Positions 24,201 to 37,362 of a stretch of DNA of 64,000 nt are shown here, piece after piece (within the stretch, counting starts at the first letter, position 1; each line of letters opens with the position of its first letter). The stretch covers positions 1,041,474 to 1,105,473 of the forward strand of contig BCKZ01000003.1 of NCBI GenBank assembly GCA_001600815.1. Direction: 5' to 3'. The translations under genes were made by a program, and so were the position numbers. This DNA comes from Alloascoidea hylecoeti (taxonomy: Eukaryota). The notes below the pieces were generated by a model. It saw nothing but the letters and a program-made list of their open reading frames with translations, did no database searches and was not told the DNA's origin.

Positions 24201-26249
24201 TCATATCAACCTCTATGATTTTTTCTGCAATCGCATTAAGCGCATAACAAGTGGCAAGATAGATAGCTACTACAGGATGATTACCGCTTGAATCTACTGC
24301 TTTATCAAGTGCCGACAAATTTTTGTTATCAAGAAATGATAAAATATAATTCGTTGTGGATGCTGACAAATCTGCATCATAATCAATTAAACAAGGTATA
24401 ACAGGTTCCATCGCAGCGCCCATTATTGTATAATATTCACCCTCTGCAAAACCAGAAAAATATGAAAAGGGGCTTGGAATAAAACATTGATAAATATTCG
24501 AAAGAATTGGGATACTAACAACCTCTGAATTGGTTGTCGATAATGATCTTCTAGAAGAGCTTCCAATAGCTCTAGATTTTAAAAGTAGTCTGGATTGCTT
24601 AGTTATAACTCCTCTTAAAATAACAGCAAAACTGTTGATCAATTTCAAATAAAGGTCGAATTTTGAGTCAACTGCCCCCAAAGCTCTTAACCCTGTTGTC
24701 ATATAACAGGTTATTGTAGGGTTTATATCTGATCTGTTAAATTGACGATTAAAATCTGTGATTGTATATTGGATGTCTAAAATGGAGTATGCAATAAAGT
24801 ATTCGCAATATATGTGTATAAGAGGAACAGAAATTTCTTTGCTAAATGTATTGTAAAATGTTACAGTTAACTCATCGCGGAATTGCATCGCAAAATGAAT
24901 AATTGGACTTTGTGGATCGAAGTCCATAATCACAGAAGCGGCACAAGTAATTAAACTTAAAGAATCAAGTGGACCATCAGCAATATGTTTAGTATGAGAA
25001 TTTGAATGAAGATAACTGATAAATTTTAGTTTTTTAGCCATAGAACTTGCTGAAAATCTTTTAAGGCCTGAACTTAAAAAAGTTTTGAATGCGCTTGGAA
25101 AAAGGCATATCAAAATAGCTAAAAATCTCTTGCTACCTTCAGTATAAGTTGAATTTTCAGTAGAAGCATAAATATAGTCAAATAAGCCAGATGACTCTAA
25201 TTGAAGTGGTGATCCTTCTTTGCTAGAATCAACAATCTCCTTTGGGCGAGCAATAACCCAGTAATGTAAACTTAAGGAGAAAAAATATAATAGTAATGAC
25301 TGTTGAAGTGAACTTCTTAGATTGGAAAAACATTGCCATAAATCCCTGAGTATGATTGAGATCACACTTTGATCAAGATATATAATAGAAAGTATATCAA
25401 TATCGGGAATAATTTCGTTATCATCTGCATTTGATGTTTTAATTGCTTCTAATTTTGATTTGACATATGGATATACAACGGACCAATTAGAAGCAGATAA
25501 ATATCTGAAAACCATAGTACAATACTCATCAATTTCATCGATATGGCTTTTATATGGATGCATACTAATGTTGTTTATGTTTTGGACACTACCATTCGAT
25601 TGAACAGTAATTGCATCTGAGATTGATGCCTCTGAACGAAGGTTATTAAGCTGCTCCATTAAAGTTTGAGCAATAGAATTGTCTACACCTGAAGGTAGAA
25701 CAGTGTGATATTTCAGAAAAGGTCTGACAAATCCACTTTCACCGTAAGTAACAGGAACTCTACCTTTTCTAACTGGAGATGGCTCACATGCATCCCAGTG
25801 AACCTCGGCACAGGTAGCTAGAAGCTTTGTGACGACAATTAATGATCTTAAGGAGTAAACATTTCTCTTCGATGTCGGTTCATTCCGATCACGCTTTAAA
25901 ATATTACAGTTAGATAATGAAATATAATGATTCTGTGTAAAACAGCAAACATACCTTTGAAATCTGATCAATTAAAAGAGTGAAACTATAGAATATTTCC
26001 GATATTAATGAGGTTTGGGATAATGCCAATAATGTTTTTTTGCTGGTGAGATAAAGTTTATCTTGTTCTGCGTTTTCTACAGTATTTCCAGTTTCAAAAG
26101 GTAACTAATTAGACAATTATAGGTGTTAGCTAGCTTACATTATCGTAGATCAATCAATTGTTCTACTAAATATAAATACATACCACTTTAATCAATCTCG
26201 ACACAATTGTTGGAAGCAAATTTTTCGCTCCAATTGTCTTTGAATCCAT
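18283..26249 (-). CDS. IRA2: Ira/neurofibromin-like Ras GTPase-activating protein, ~2608 aa, 3 exons (26249-26184, 26104-25955, 25893-18283)
   Basis: RasGAP motifs LLRRNSVATRML, FLFLRFFCPAIVAP and KVIQNMAN, followed by a Sec14/PH-like region. Two phase-0 GTATGT introns with GCTAAC/TCTAAC branch sites restore an ATG-initiated frame. IRA1 and IRA2 cannot be distinguished. Confidence 0.9.
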
Positions 26250-29200
26250 TTTTAGAGATAAATTTTACAATGATACCAGAGCGTTATAGGGAGTTTAAAG
26301 GTGAAAACCAGTCTATATATATAAATTACTAACTTGAAAAGGGTATTTTTTTTACCTAGCTAGTACATAGCACAACAGGTAATGCTGAAACTAAATCAAA
26401 CGTTAGCTAATTTTTAATTTAATTTTTTAATATTAAGATAACAGTCGTTTATTAAATAAAAATGATACATCTTTTACTCAAGGATCCATGATTCCATATA
26501 TGAAAAATAAATACGTAGTGTACGTCGTATATCTACTAAAAATACAGATAACAGCAGTTGCAGCACTGCTACTACTGCTAGCCAAGTACTATTGTTAATA
26601 TTACTACAGTAGCTGTAAGATATAATAAGATAATATACCATGGTGTCTAGTCATCAATATTGTTCGAAGGTGATCATGGATTTAATGATAACAATGATTA
26701 TGTTGTTTTTTTGGAAATGTTTCAATCATATTTGGTACAATTTCAAAATGTACAATCATGAATCATGGAGTTCAATACATACTATTTTATATATAATTAT
26801 AATAATATAAACGTTTTTCAGGATGGTAATTAATCAATGCCTTACAAATACAAGGTTCTATATGGGATCAAAAAATGTTTCAACATGTTGACCTTTCTCG
26901 CTTCTAAAAACGAGGGTGCATAACGGTCATACATATAATATGCAGGTGTATATCTATTTCCATTGGATATTAATACATGATATTTCTAGTTAATATGAAA
27001 ATTGAAGGGTACTTCTTTTGTTTTTGCAGCAGCCGTATTATAAACCATGATTATAAACCAAAAAGAAAGGTAGGAAAAAATGAGAAGCAGAGTAGGTAAC
27101 TTACTTCTAAGCCTTATTAATTAATTGCCTACAATGATTTGCATACATCTGCCACAACATTACAACATTATATTGTTATATTAACTAATTATATATACTT
27201 ACATGTTATAATTGACGCTAGATATTGCATTCTACTCTTCGGCAACCGTATGCGGACATTCACGCGCTTGGTATATCGGTAATTTGAACTTTCGCATGAA
27301 ATAAGGCGTCACCATATCTCCACTAGTACTTACATAATATATATAATATTCCAATATATTGCGACTGTGGAACCATATAAGCTTTACTAAGTTATTCTCA
27401 TCATAAATTCATAATGTTTATATGTAAGTTATATATTTAACTTGTGTGATATTAATAAAATTGTTTGATATTATGCAGATGCACTACCATCCAATTGGTT
27501 TTATAAAATCATGATCTAGGCTACTATGTGGATAGATTTTTGTTCATTATATCCATCTAAATTAAAATGTCTCTCAAATCTATAATTAGTTCTATTCGAT
27601 GTAGATCTGCTAGCAAGAGCATGATATAAATGTCTATCGATATCTGATGGCTGTCATGGTAAGAAAATAAAATAAAGATCTAGATTGTAGTTGTAATCAG
27701 GCACATATATTTTAATTTGAAAGTGGCGCCAAGCTTAAGAAAGTGTTGTACAACTTCATAAATATGTCAATATATTAATATTATAATCATACACATTTTG
27801 AAGTATGTAAATATTAGATGTATGCATATAAGATTGAAGATGGTAGAAGAATTATTGAGAACTATGATAAAATTGATATCGATGTTATGGTAAGGATAAA
27901 TTATAACGCTAATTAATCTATGGATAGAGTTATGGTATATATCTAACCTGATACCTAGAATGTTTCAGTATTGATCATATTCATATATGGTTCGGTCCAA
28001 ATTGACATCAAATCAGGACAGATTTAATATTTATACACGAATATATATATATTTATCATTCCAAATACACAAGGCTTTATATAATTACATTACAATGGTA
28101 AGCTCTTGTATTCCTATAGGTTATAGAGCAGTTACGTTTATCAATATATCATCTTCCTCAATCCATAATACCATATACCCAGCCATAGGGACTAGATACA
28201 TATTGCTGCAAAGCAATTCTTGTTATAACCAAAGCTATATCTAGATCATATAAATATTGAATACAATTGCACAAGCTCAAACCTTCTATCAATCTTTGAC
28301 TATATGCACGATTGACTTATATCATATAAGTTGTTATATATTTATATAAAATGCTATTACCGAAAAATAGCATGATTATTACAGTATAAAATACTATCAA
28401 TATATCATATATATATATTTGTAAATATTTTTCTATTAATATCATTAACTGAACGTTGAACAAACAAAGAAAAATAAATATATTCTCCCTATTGCTAAAA
28501 ATATTTAAATTAAAAGATCTAAAGCTGGCTTTGGAAAATCTAAAATATTAATTGATTGTAAACTTCAAATTTACTTTCATAATTAATATCTGGGGTTAAT
28601 TTACGGCTCATTATTACATAATTTTATATATTTATGATTATAGCTATGGTAGTATACCTTGCATATTTTGTCATATTAATGCTATAAGATCCTCCAAAAA
28701 GGATAGTATTTTCTGGTACGCGTATCAGATTTGTGTTACTTTGACACTGGCTATAACTATTGTTTCCTATTCCACATTTCAAGATATATGCGTATGTGTT
28801 TTTCAAAATATAATATAAAGTTTACCCTTTATATTGTTGTGACAATATATTCATAAATGGTAAATGAATTACGCAGTAAGTAATATGTACTATGATATTA
28901 ATCTTTAAATTAAACTATTTCATTGTTCTTAGCTAAAGCTATTCTCATATTTCAAATTTCGTTATCGTTATCGTTATTGCTATAGAATCTCATTTACTGC
29001 GGTCTGTGTTAATTTGCAATGTGGTGTTCATGTCTACAATATTCCATATTCATACATTGCAATTATCTTTGTTTAAGATTGATCAACATTTATTACTATA
29101 TTACAATTGGCCAAGATATCCTTTGTAGAATGTAGTGCGTAATATTACAAATTCACAATATTAATCAAATAGATATAAACAGCTTCTTTAGTTAAATTTC

Positions 29201-32200
29201 TAAACTTTTCTGATAAGATTGAAATTAAAATATGCATATAATCAAGGCCTTAGAACTTTGCAATTGATACAGATGCTATCAATTGCAAAACGTTTTATAA
29301 TACTTATATAATTATACGGCCTTAGGTATATGTCCCATGCAAACTTCTTTTCTCGATTTCATAAATGCTTCCGGACTGATAAATAATATTAATGTTGTAT
29401 AATGCATATGGATTTAAATCCATATTTGATCAGATATATGTTACTAATTACACGCTCTATAATACATATTATTATAAAGAGTCAATACCCTCACAATGAC
29501 CGTTAGAATATGAAATTATAAGTGGCCACATACGTTAACAATATTTGCAGCTAAAAAATGTGAGATTCTAGGTACTTTCCATTGCATTATCAATTGCAAG
29601 TTTAGGCTCATCATATACATGTAGCATATACGAAGTCACATTATATATGTTCTCTGCAACTGCTTAATTAGGATGTTATTTTAAAACTGTTTACATCTGC
29701 TAGCTCAAGAGTCAAAACAATATAAGATCTTATTGTAATTATAATTGTTGAAGTACCAGTATATCGGCATATGTTACATTATTGCCTATATAAAGGTTAG
29801 CTATTAGCTATATAAAACTTATAGCTACCGGTATACGTGCCGGCGGTAATACATATATAATTAATATTGTTCGCTGCGAAAAAATTAATTCAAGTAAAGG
29901 ATGATAAACACAAAAGGCCGTAAATCCTGTGGAAGTTAATTAAGGATCCATGGAGAACTATTCAATGTATTCATGGTAATTTTGACCCATATAATGTAAG
30001 TTTAAAATCATATATTCATATTTATATTTATAGAGGCCCAAATTTTGAGGCTTTATAAAATGCTTTAAACCCCCTAATCTTCTTATAACAACATGGTTAA
30101 TTATTATGGTATACATATATAAATTTAAATAACCCTATTATGTAATTTTTAAGATGAAGTTTTTCTTCTGTTAAATGAAATTATAAGTTATATCTGTGTG
30201 CATGCAATTTCAATTATAATAAATAAATTTTAAAGAAAACAGAAATTTTCACACCTAAAATGGATTAATGTTTAATGTAAAGTTTTGTTAAACGGTTGAT
30301 TATTAAAAAAGGGTTTCACAATTAATACTTGATAAATTTCCAAAATGAGATAAATATGGTATGAAAATCAATTGATGTATGTTTCAATTGCTCAAATTCT
30401 AAGGAAATTATTTTTGATTTAATAGCACTTGGGTTATAAGTTCAATTGCAAATAATAGATCTGCTTAGTTATAAATATTAAGAGCATTTTAAGAGAGTTC
30501 AAAAGTGCTATTTTTTTCAATGAAGGTGTATGTTATTCGTATGCGTAGATGCTTGAACATTGAGTTATAAATTGATATGCATACTGATTATAACACACCT
30601 ATATAGCGCTATAAGTCTGGGAGAAAGTGAATAAGTTGGGAAGAAACAAAAATATATAACCTTATAGTTTGTGAAGTCAAGAAATATCGCTCGCTTTTAG
30701 CCATCAAGTTATAAGACTTTAAAGCTTTCAGTCTCAAATGTCAGAATCTGTGGTTGCTAAGAATTCGCAATATGCCTGAGTTTATATACGCTACGCGAAG
30801 TTCATTATTAATTATAAAGTATCTCAATAACTGCAGAAAATCCATTACATTCGATTGTAATAACTTTTCATTTGTAGTCTTATAATTATACTGATAATTT
30901 CCAAACCAACGACTTGGCCTTTGAAACATTCTGCATAGGATTGAAAAACTCAATCCCGAAATTTTTCATTCATAAATCACTATAACTGGTTATTTATATC
31001 ATTGTATAAGTGGAGTGTATATGAACCGTGAAGAATGGAAAACATTAACTGCAGTAAACATCATATACATTATATTAGACGTATATAATCATGAATCATG
31101 ATTAAAAGTGATATTTTTAAAAAGCTCTAGAATTAGATCTATGGAATTCAATTACGATTATATAATTAAATTGAAGGCTATAGCGATGCATGTCTATACG
31201 TTTCTAGATCCATTTTACCTCTTCTGTACCACTATTGACGACTAATTCAGGGCAGTAAAAAAAAATACTCACGTATAAATATTTAAGATGTCTGTAGGGA
31301 ATTGCTAATATATATATATAAGAATTGCCATTGCACAACATACTCTGCTAGATTCAAGCATACTAGGTAATAGGTAGATGAACTATTTACAATTATTATC
31401 AGGCAATTGAAAATACGTGATAATTCAAATTCGTTCAATTAATATTCACTTTTCCAACAGGTGAAGTTTTGTTTTTTGTGAACCAGTTAATCAGGATACT
31501 ATTATCATTGTATTAAAAATAGAAATAAAATGTTAACGCTTTGAAATTGTATGTTTGAAACGCCTTAAGCTTCTATCTCCATTGTTTCATGATCCTTTTA
31601 TAGCTATAGTTGTAAGTAAATAAAGCTTATTTTTTTTTTATGATTAGAATTCGAAGCGTAAAAGGTCTATAGCTCAACTATCACAATTACTGTAAGCTTA
31701 TAAAAATATAAACATCAACTCGAACGATTAAAGAAGTAATTCAATTATGAATTTTATAACATGTCATGCGCATATATATGCAGAAATGCAAAATGAAATC
31801 GTGATGTATGACTAAAAACTATTCGTACACTTTTATGATACAATTCGCCCCGTAATTAATTCACAAGCGCACATTAGTATGAAATCAAAGCAAGGTAAAT
31901 CCAAATAATCAATCAATCAATCTACGTCACATAAATATTCGACATGGATACTCATTAGGTCAACCTTCTTTTGCATGTTATTTGAATTCCAAGAAGATTT
32001 TTTTAAGCATGACGGTATAATCAACAGTTATATGGAAGTATGAGGTTACGATTTCATTTTGTATTTCTGTACAGTGATTGGTAAATTTGCGACTTATAAC
32101 AATTGCCCCTTTTATTCTTAATTTTTTTTGTAGCAGTTAAATTTCGGAAGAGAACTCTTCAATTATATTGACAATACAGCCGGGTCAAGACCACTGACGC

Positions 32201-32249
32201 TTTTATCTTGGGTGCAACGTTAAAAAAAACACCTGAAGAAGTTGGAACC

Positions 32250-32560
32250 CTTCTAAAAAAGCGTGAATATGGAATATTCTCTGGATTTGAAAGGTTTTAA
32301 ATGCTGAGAACCAATGAAACAAAATGATATGGCTTAATATAAAGATAAACTGGTTTGGTTTAACGAATGTCGTTACAGGATACGGCTCCGCGAAAACATG
32401 TATCGGAAAGTCAAGCCAAACCTTTAAACCAAAGACATATAACTTATACATGTATATCTATAACACAAGGAAGTCTGAGTCTCCAAGACTTAAGATAGAC
32501 TGAGATTTAGAAAAGTGGCCGCACTATATTGTAAAGAATTATTGGAGATTCCTAGTTAAT
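32250..32560 (+). pseudogene. Decayed Tc1/mariner transposase fragment (copy A)
   Basis: YKDKLVWFNECRY (32338-32376) resembles the first catalytic-Asp block (W..V.WSDE..F). Many stops. Aligns at DNA level to 34145-34490 on the minus strand. Confidence 0.5.
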
Positions 32561-32585
32561 GATGCTCCATGTTTCGTAGACTGGT

Positions 32586-35497
32586 AGACGTTCATGAAAT
32601 TAAGTGCGCTAACACTAAAAAACTTAAGATGTCAATTTACATAGACTAGTATGATATCTAGAATTTCTGGAACATTATAAACTAATTTAAGAACATTTTC
32701 TAGATCTTAAGGCCTCGTAGAGTACCCACTACACAGTAACTGGTTATAACCTTCGCATTTTTATATGAAGTGGTGACCTGAAAATACAGCTCAAGTTTTC
32801 TTGATCATGACCCGATTGTACGTAGTGGACCTAGTGGTATAAGAATCAACTATGTACCATGGTATCATCATGACGATTATGCACTCTAGAAACAATTTTA
32901 ATTGCAAGAGGAGATCTGAAAATAAGTGCAATGGAACTAGAGACTTAAACCTTGTTTAGATCCAGATTATACGTTTAAACAGATCCTCTGTTCTCTTCGG
33001 CTGGTAAATAAACATGTACACCGTCTTTAAACGTCTGGCTTGGCGGCGTTCATGAATTTCTGGTTCTAGGTTTATTTGCTGATCTCCTGGGGACCTACTG
33101 ACTTAGGCTATAAAGCGCTCGAATTAATTGGAGGTAGACTACTGGATTTTGCTCTAAATATCCGTTAAAAAACAGAACAAATGATCGGAATATACCTACA
33201 GGTATACTTTTTGTTTCTTCTGTAGAATAATTAATATTATAAGCATGAGAATGAGTGTACGTGGAAATAACTAAAAACAATTCAATAAATTAATTGGTTG
33301 ATGGGACGCAGAAACAATAATTTATCATTCATGTACAACATGTCAATGTAATAAGTTTATCCAAATTGATATACATTTTATCTACAGATTCAGAACCGTC
33401 TACTCAACTTAATATACATTTCTAAGGTACGCTTCTTTAAATTTAATTATATGAGGACCATTTTGATTTATCTTTTAATTTTCCGGAGATTAATCTTTAG
33501 ATATTAAACGATAACGATCAATCGACTTAATCAATAATTTGTTATTGTCTTACTTTTCTCTCTTCAGGCACGCATTGATCATGAGCTGAATGAAGGATAC
33601 TTATAAGTAGGCGATTTATTCATTTGGCTATAATCAATTCGTCTTTGAATTCATTGACGCTATATTCCGAAGGAGACTTGTAAGAGTTGTGAACTGTTGA
33701 AGCGTTTGTGGTCTATACTCTGTAACCAATAGCTTTTTAACTGGGTGATTATTTAATCTGCTTGGGATCTGAGCTCCTCGGAACAGATTAGAGTTAACTT
33801 TGTCTATATTCGTACGCGTATGGTCTGAGATCATATTTGAAATATTTGTGAGTATAAATGTACCAGTACTCGACTTCATAAGTTATCGATGTCCCAAAAT
33901 GTAGGTACAGCCGTTTCTCAATTAAAGTTGCTAAGCTTTTTTGGATACTAGAGATTGGGATATTTAGTTTTTTTTTGGCTGTCACTCTAATTGTCATGGA
34001 GTCGCAATCAGATTATCAATGATATCTTTATCCACGATCGGATCCCAGAATTTTGAAAAGACATAAGCATTATGGATTGAGGTCCGATAAAAAAGGCGGA
34101 TACTTCAGTATCTCTATCTCATTGTTACAAACCAATTCTTTTCTTCTGTTATTAGGATTTCCCAATACTCTATACAGCGAAGAACGACTTCCCTCCCTAA
34201 TTTCAGCTAATACCATAAGTCTCATAGACCTTTACTTCCTTATATTATATATATTTTAAAGTTCAAAGGTCAGGTCTGACTGCTGGTTGGAAATCATAGT
34301 TTTCTAGATTCGGATCCTGTAACGGCAGAAGATTCAGCAATAGATATAACACCATCACAAATATCATTAAGCCACTCTAATCTATCTTTATATCATATCA
34401 TTTTATTTTTGTTAGTTCTTCTCATTCAGAAAAGGTCTTTTACATGCTGAAAATATTACATATTCACGTTTTTACAGAAGAGTTATTAGATGGTTTTTGA
34501 TATTCTAATATTGAACTATGAAGCCAGCGCCTCAAATGTATTCACGGAGGGAGCTTTCATAACCATCAAAATTTGATTTAATACCCCTTTAAAAAATGTT
34601 TTAGGTTCTTTTGTTCGATATGAAGTGTTGTGCCAGAAGAGTCGCTGGTGTATTTCTTTACAGTGGACTGTACAGTTGAAGGGAACATATATCTTTAATT
34701 TACCATCCAATAATGAATATATTGCTCGATGTCTAGCAGATTTTTCCTTTAAAAAATTTCCTAACAATATAAATTGTAAAATGTGATTCAGTTTTATTGG
34801 TTAATCGATCTTCTTATTCCAGCATGATGTACATAGAGATGATGAATCATTTGCAATTGTAAGTACTGAGGCTTTAAAAGTATCAATAAGTCTTTTACAG
34901 ATGGTATCTTCGATAGGTATTTATTGATGCTCAAAAGTAAGTTCTATTTAAATAAGATGCCCGATAAAAATTTGTATCGATCTGAAGGTACTAATTATTT
35001 TATTTTTATCTAATTAGTAGTAAACGATTTGATGCTATTGATAATTATAGTCTTTGATAAATCTGTAAAGTAAACTACATGTTGAATATGTAGTTACAAA
35101 CATTCAATTTATGAAGTTTGTAGTTTGTAGTTTGTAGTTTAAATATTATTTATACTAAAAAACCATTTATTTATATTTCTTTAATAAATATAGAGTGTCA
35201 GACGTTCATGACATTAAGAACGCTAATGTTAAATACCAAATATAAGATGCCACATCATTTTACAAAGATTAGTAGAACATCTTGAATTTACAGAACATTA
35301 TTTCATATGGACTATAAATGAATTTGTTAAATTTTAAAAAAATTAGTCGTTTTAACTATTAAAATTAAACATTTTTGTGTTTTGTATGGAGTATACATAG
35401 TATGAATGTTAGTTTACTCAAGACAATAATTAATAAAAGTGTTAAAACATTTTGTAACTGGTTATAACCTTGCCATTTTTATGTGAAGTGATGACCC
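32586..35497 (+). repeat. Pair of diverged direct repeats, ~32586-32780 and ~35200-35497
   Basis: Shared blocks AGACGTTCATGA.ATTAAG..CGCTAA and a 43-bp block (32736-32778 vs 35454-35496, 39/43 identical). Confidence 0.8.
33960..34490 (-). pseudogene. Decayed Tc1/mariner transposase fragment (copy B)
   Basis: NNEIEILKYPPFLSDLNP (34126-34073) resembles the WPPYSPDLNPIE block. FWDPIVDKDIIDNLI (34050-34006) then SMTIRVTA match the Tc1 C-terminal W..I....I.NLI.SM..R..A pattern. Confidence 0.65.
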
Positions 35498-36440
35498 AAA
35501 AGTTAATCCCCGGTTTAATTAACTTGATTCGACTATAGATAGATTATACTATTCCAAATAACTTAAAGAATTAGAACGTTTTTAAATATCTTCTATGCAT
35601 TATTTTGATTTTTTCAGATATAAATACAATATTTTAATAATATTTTTATATGAACTATCAAATTTTCTAATTAAGTGTATTCTACCTCTCAAAGTTAATA
35701 CGTTAATAATTTTGAACCATTTTTCTTTATTAAACTATTTAAAATTAATTTTAATTCATAATTTATAATTTATTGTAATAAACTTTTAGTTTTTTTTTTT
35801 TTGGATCATCAATTGACTCTTTTACAAATTTCAAAAAAAAAAAGTAACAACTTCTCTCTTAATCTAATAATCTTATAAGCTAAAGCCAAATATATTGGTC
35901 TAGCAACAACTTCATCATCATATTCATATAGATTTCTCAAGAAAAACCACCTAGAAGCATTTAACGAGGTTTATTGATCTTTATTAATTGAAATGATAAA
36001 TATGAAGATAAACAAACTTTGTTGAATGATGTTAGATTGTTTTTCCATCTTTAAGTAAATCTTGTCCTATAATATTAATGGTATCTTCCGCATTTAGTAA
36101 AAGGTCCGTAATTGTAATTTTATCAGAAAAAGGAGATTGTACAGGAAATCATTTTATCAATTTTTACAATTTTTTCATTTTGCTCAAAACACCAAATCTT
36201 TGTTGTCAAAAGAATGTGAAGTACCCTCTGCAATTAGTTGATTCCGTCATATCTAGCCATAAATACAAATAAAAATAGAAGGAATTGAAGTGAAATTAAT
36301 TTTTCAAATTTCCAGTTGTGATTGGGGGACAAGCTTAAGCAATTAACCGCAGAACGCCAGTATCAACGTATCAACAGGAAGAAAATCCTTCAAGTCCAAA
36401 CCAACAGAACCTTAAAACAACAGACACATCAATTAATTGG

Positions 36441-37163
36441 ATGCCACTCGTTGATTATTCAGAATCGGAAACGGACTCAAGCCCAGGTTCCGGTACGGAA
36501 TCAGAAACAGGTGATGGTCCATCAATACCATCTTTAGTACTCGACTCATTCATTGTTGGGCCGCGGATGGACGATCCTGTATTCCACGATGGCCGGACAC
36601 GTACTCAAGAACACATGGAAGGCACCTGGCCATCACATTTATACGTTGAATGGCGTCCCACACACATCCAAATTGCGGCTCTGCAAAGCATCGTAGCGGA
36701 TATTGGTGAACAAACGGGGGTGGTTGTGCACTCGCTGGTGGAAAACAGGCTAAAAGTGGCCATGCCGCTGCACATCTCTCTGTCCAGCACTGTATACATC
36801 CGAACAGAGGATCGGCATCGGTTTATAGAAGACAACAGAAGATTGGTTGGGGAGTGGATGGATCAGCTGGGGGCCACACACCACCTAACCGTCCATTTGG
36901 CGGGCCGTGTGGAGACATGGAGTAACGATGACCGGACCCGTCATTTCGTCACTTTGCCCGTTTCTGAGCGTTGGCAATGCATATTCAACAGGCTGCGCCA
37001 AAGCAGCAGCGGAGCGGGTCTTTCCGCAGAACACGTGTTTCACGTGTCTATTGGGTGGGCGCGCGTGCCCTTGGGTGATTACATAAGCCATGTGCCCTCG
37101 GGGGCCAGACGAATCCGGGGCGCCGTAAAAGTGAAAGTCGGAAACGAGGTAGTCCCGTTTTGA
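36441..37163 (+). CDS. USB1: U6 snRNA 3' phosphodiesterase Usb1 (2H family)
   Basis: MPLVDYSES N-terminus, DDP..H.GR.R...H..G.WP.H.Y.EW block, and two HxS motifs (PLHISLS, FHVSIG). Confidence 0.92.
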   Translation: MPLVDYSESETDSSPGSGTESETGDGPSIPSLVLDSFIVGPRMDDPVFHDGRTRTQEHMEGTWPSHLYVEWRPTHIQIAALQSIVADIGEQTGVVVHSLVENRLKVAMPLHISLSSTVYIRTEDRHRFIEDNRRLVGEWMDQLGATHHLTVHLAGRVETWSNDDRTRHFVTLPVSERWQCIFNRLRQSSSGAGLSAEHVFHVSIGWARVPLGDYISHVPSGARRIRGAVKVKVGNEVVPF

Positions 37164-37362
37164 CGAGATTTGGCTTCGTTTGGAATGTTTTGACGCATTC
37201 GAGCAGCAAGAGTGTCCAATTGGTATCAATTTTAATCCTGTTCGACATTGGATTCTCCCTGGAAACGGCATAATTATCCAAAAGCGATGCTGTTTGTTTT
37301 CTTTTGGTTACTTGGTACTTTAACTCTTTTATAAACTCTTTTTCTCTAACTACTACGTTGGT

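Noticed and set aside
35850..36260. Coding-like minus-strand fragments (FPVQSPFSDKITITDLLL...IIGQDLL; WFFLRNLYEYDDEVV)
   Set aside because: Could not be joined by plausible splice sites or assigned to a family; possibly a pseudogene but unsupported.
36765..36785. Alternative yeast CUG code (Ser or Ala)
   Set aside because: Both conserved Leu of the Usb1 PLHISLS motif are encoded by CTG, supporting CUG=Leu.
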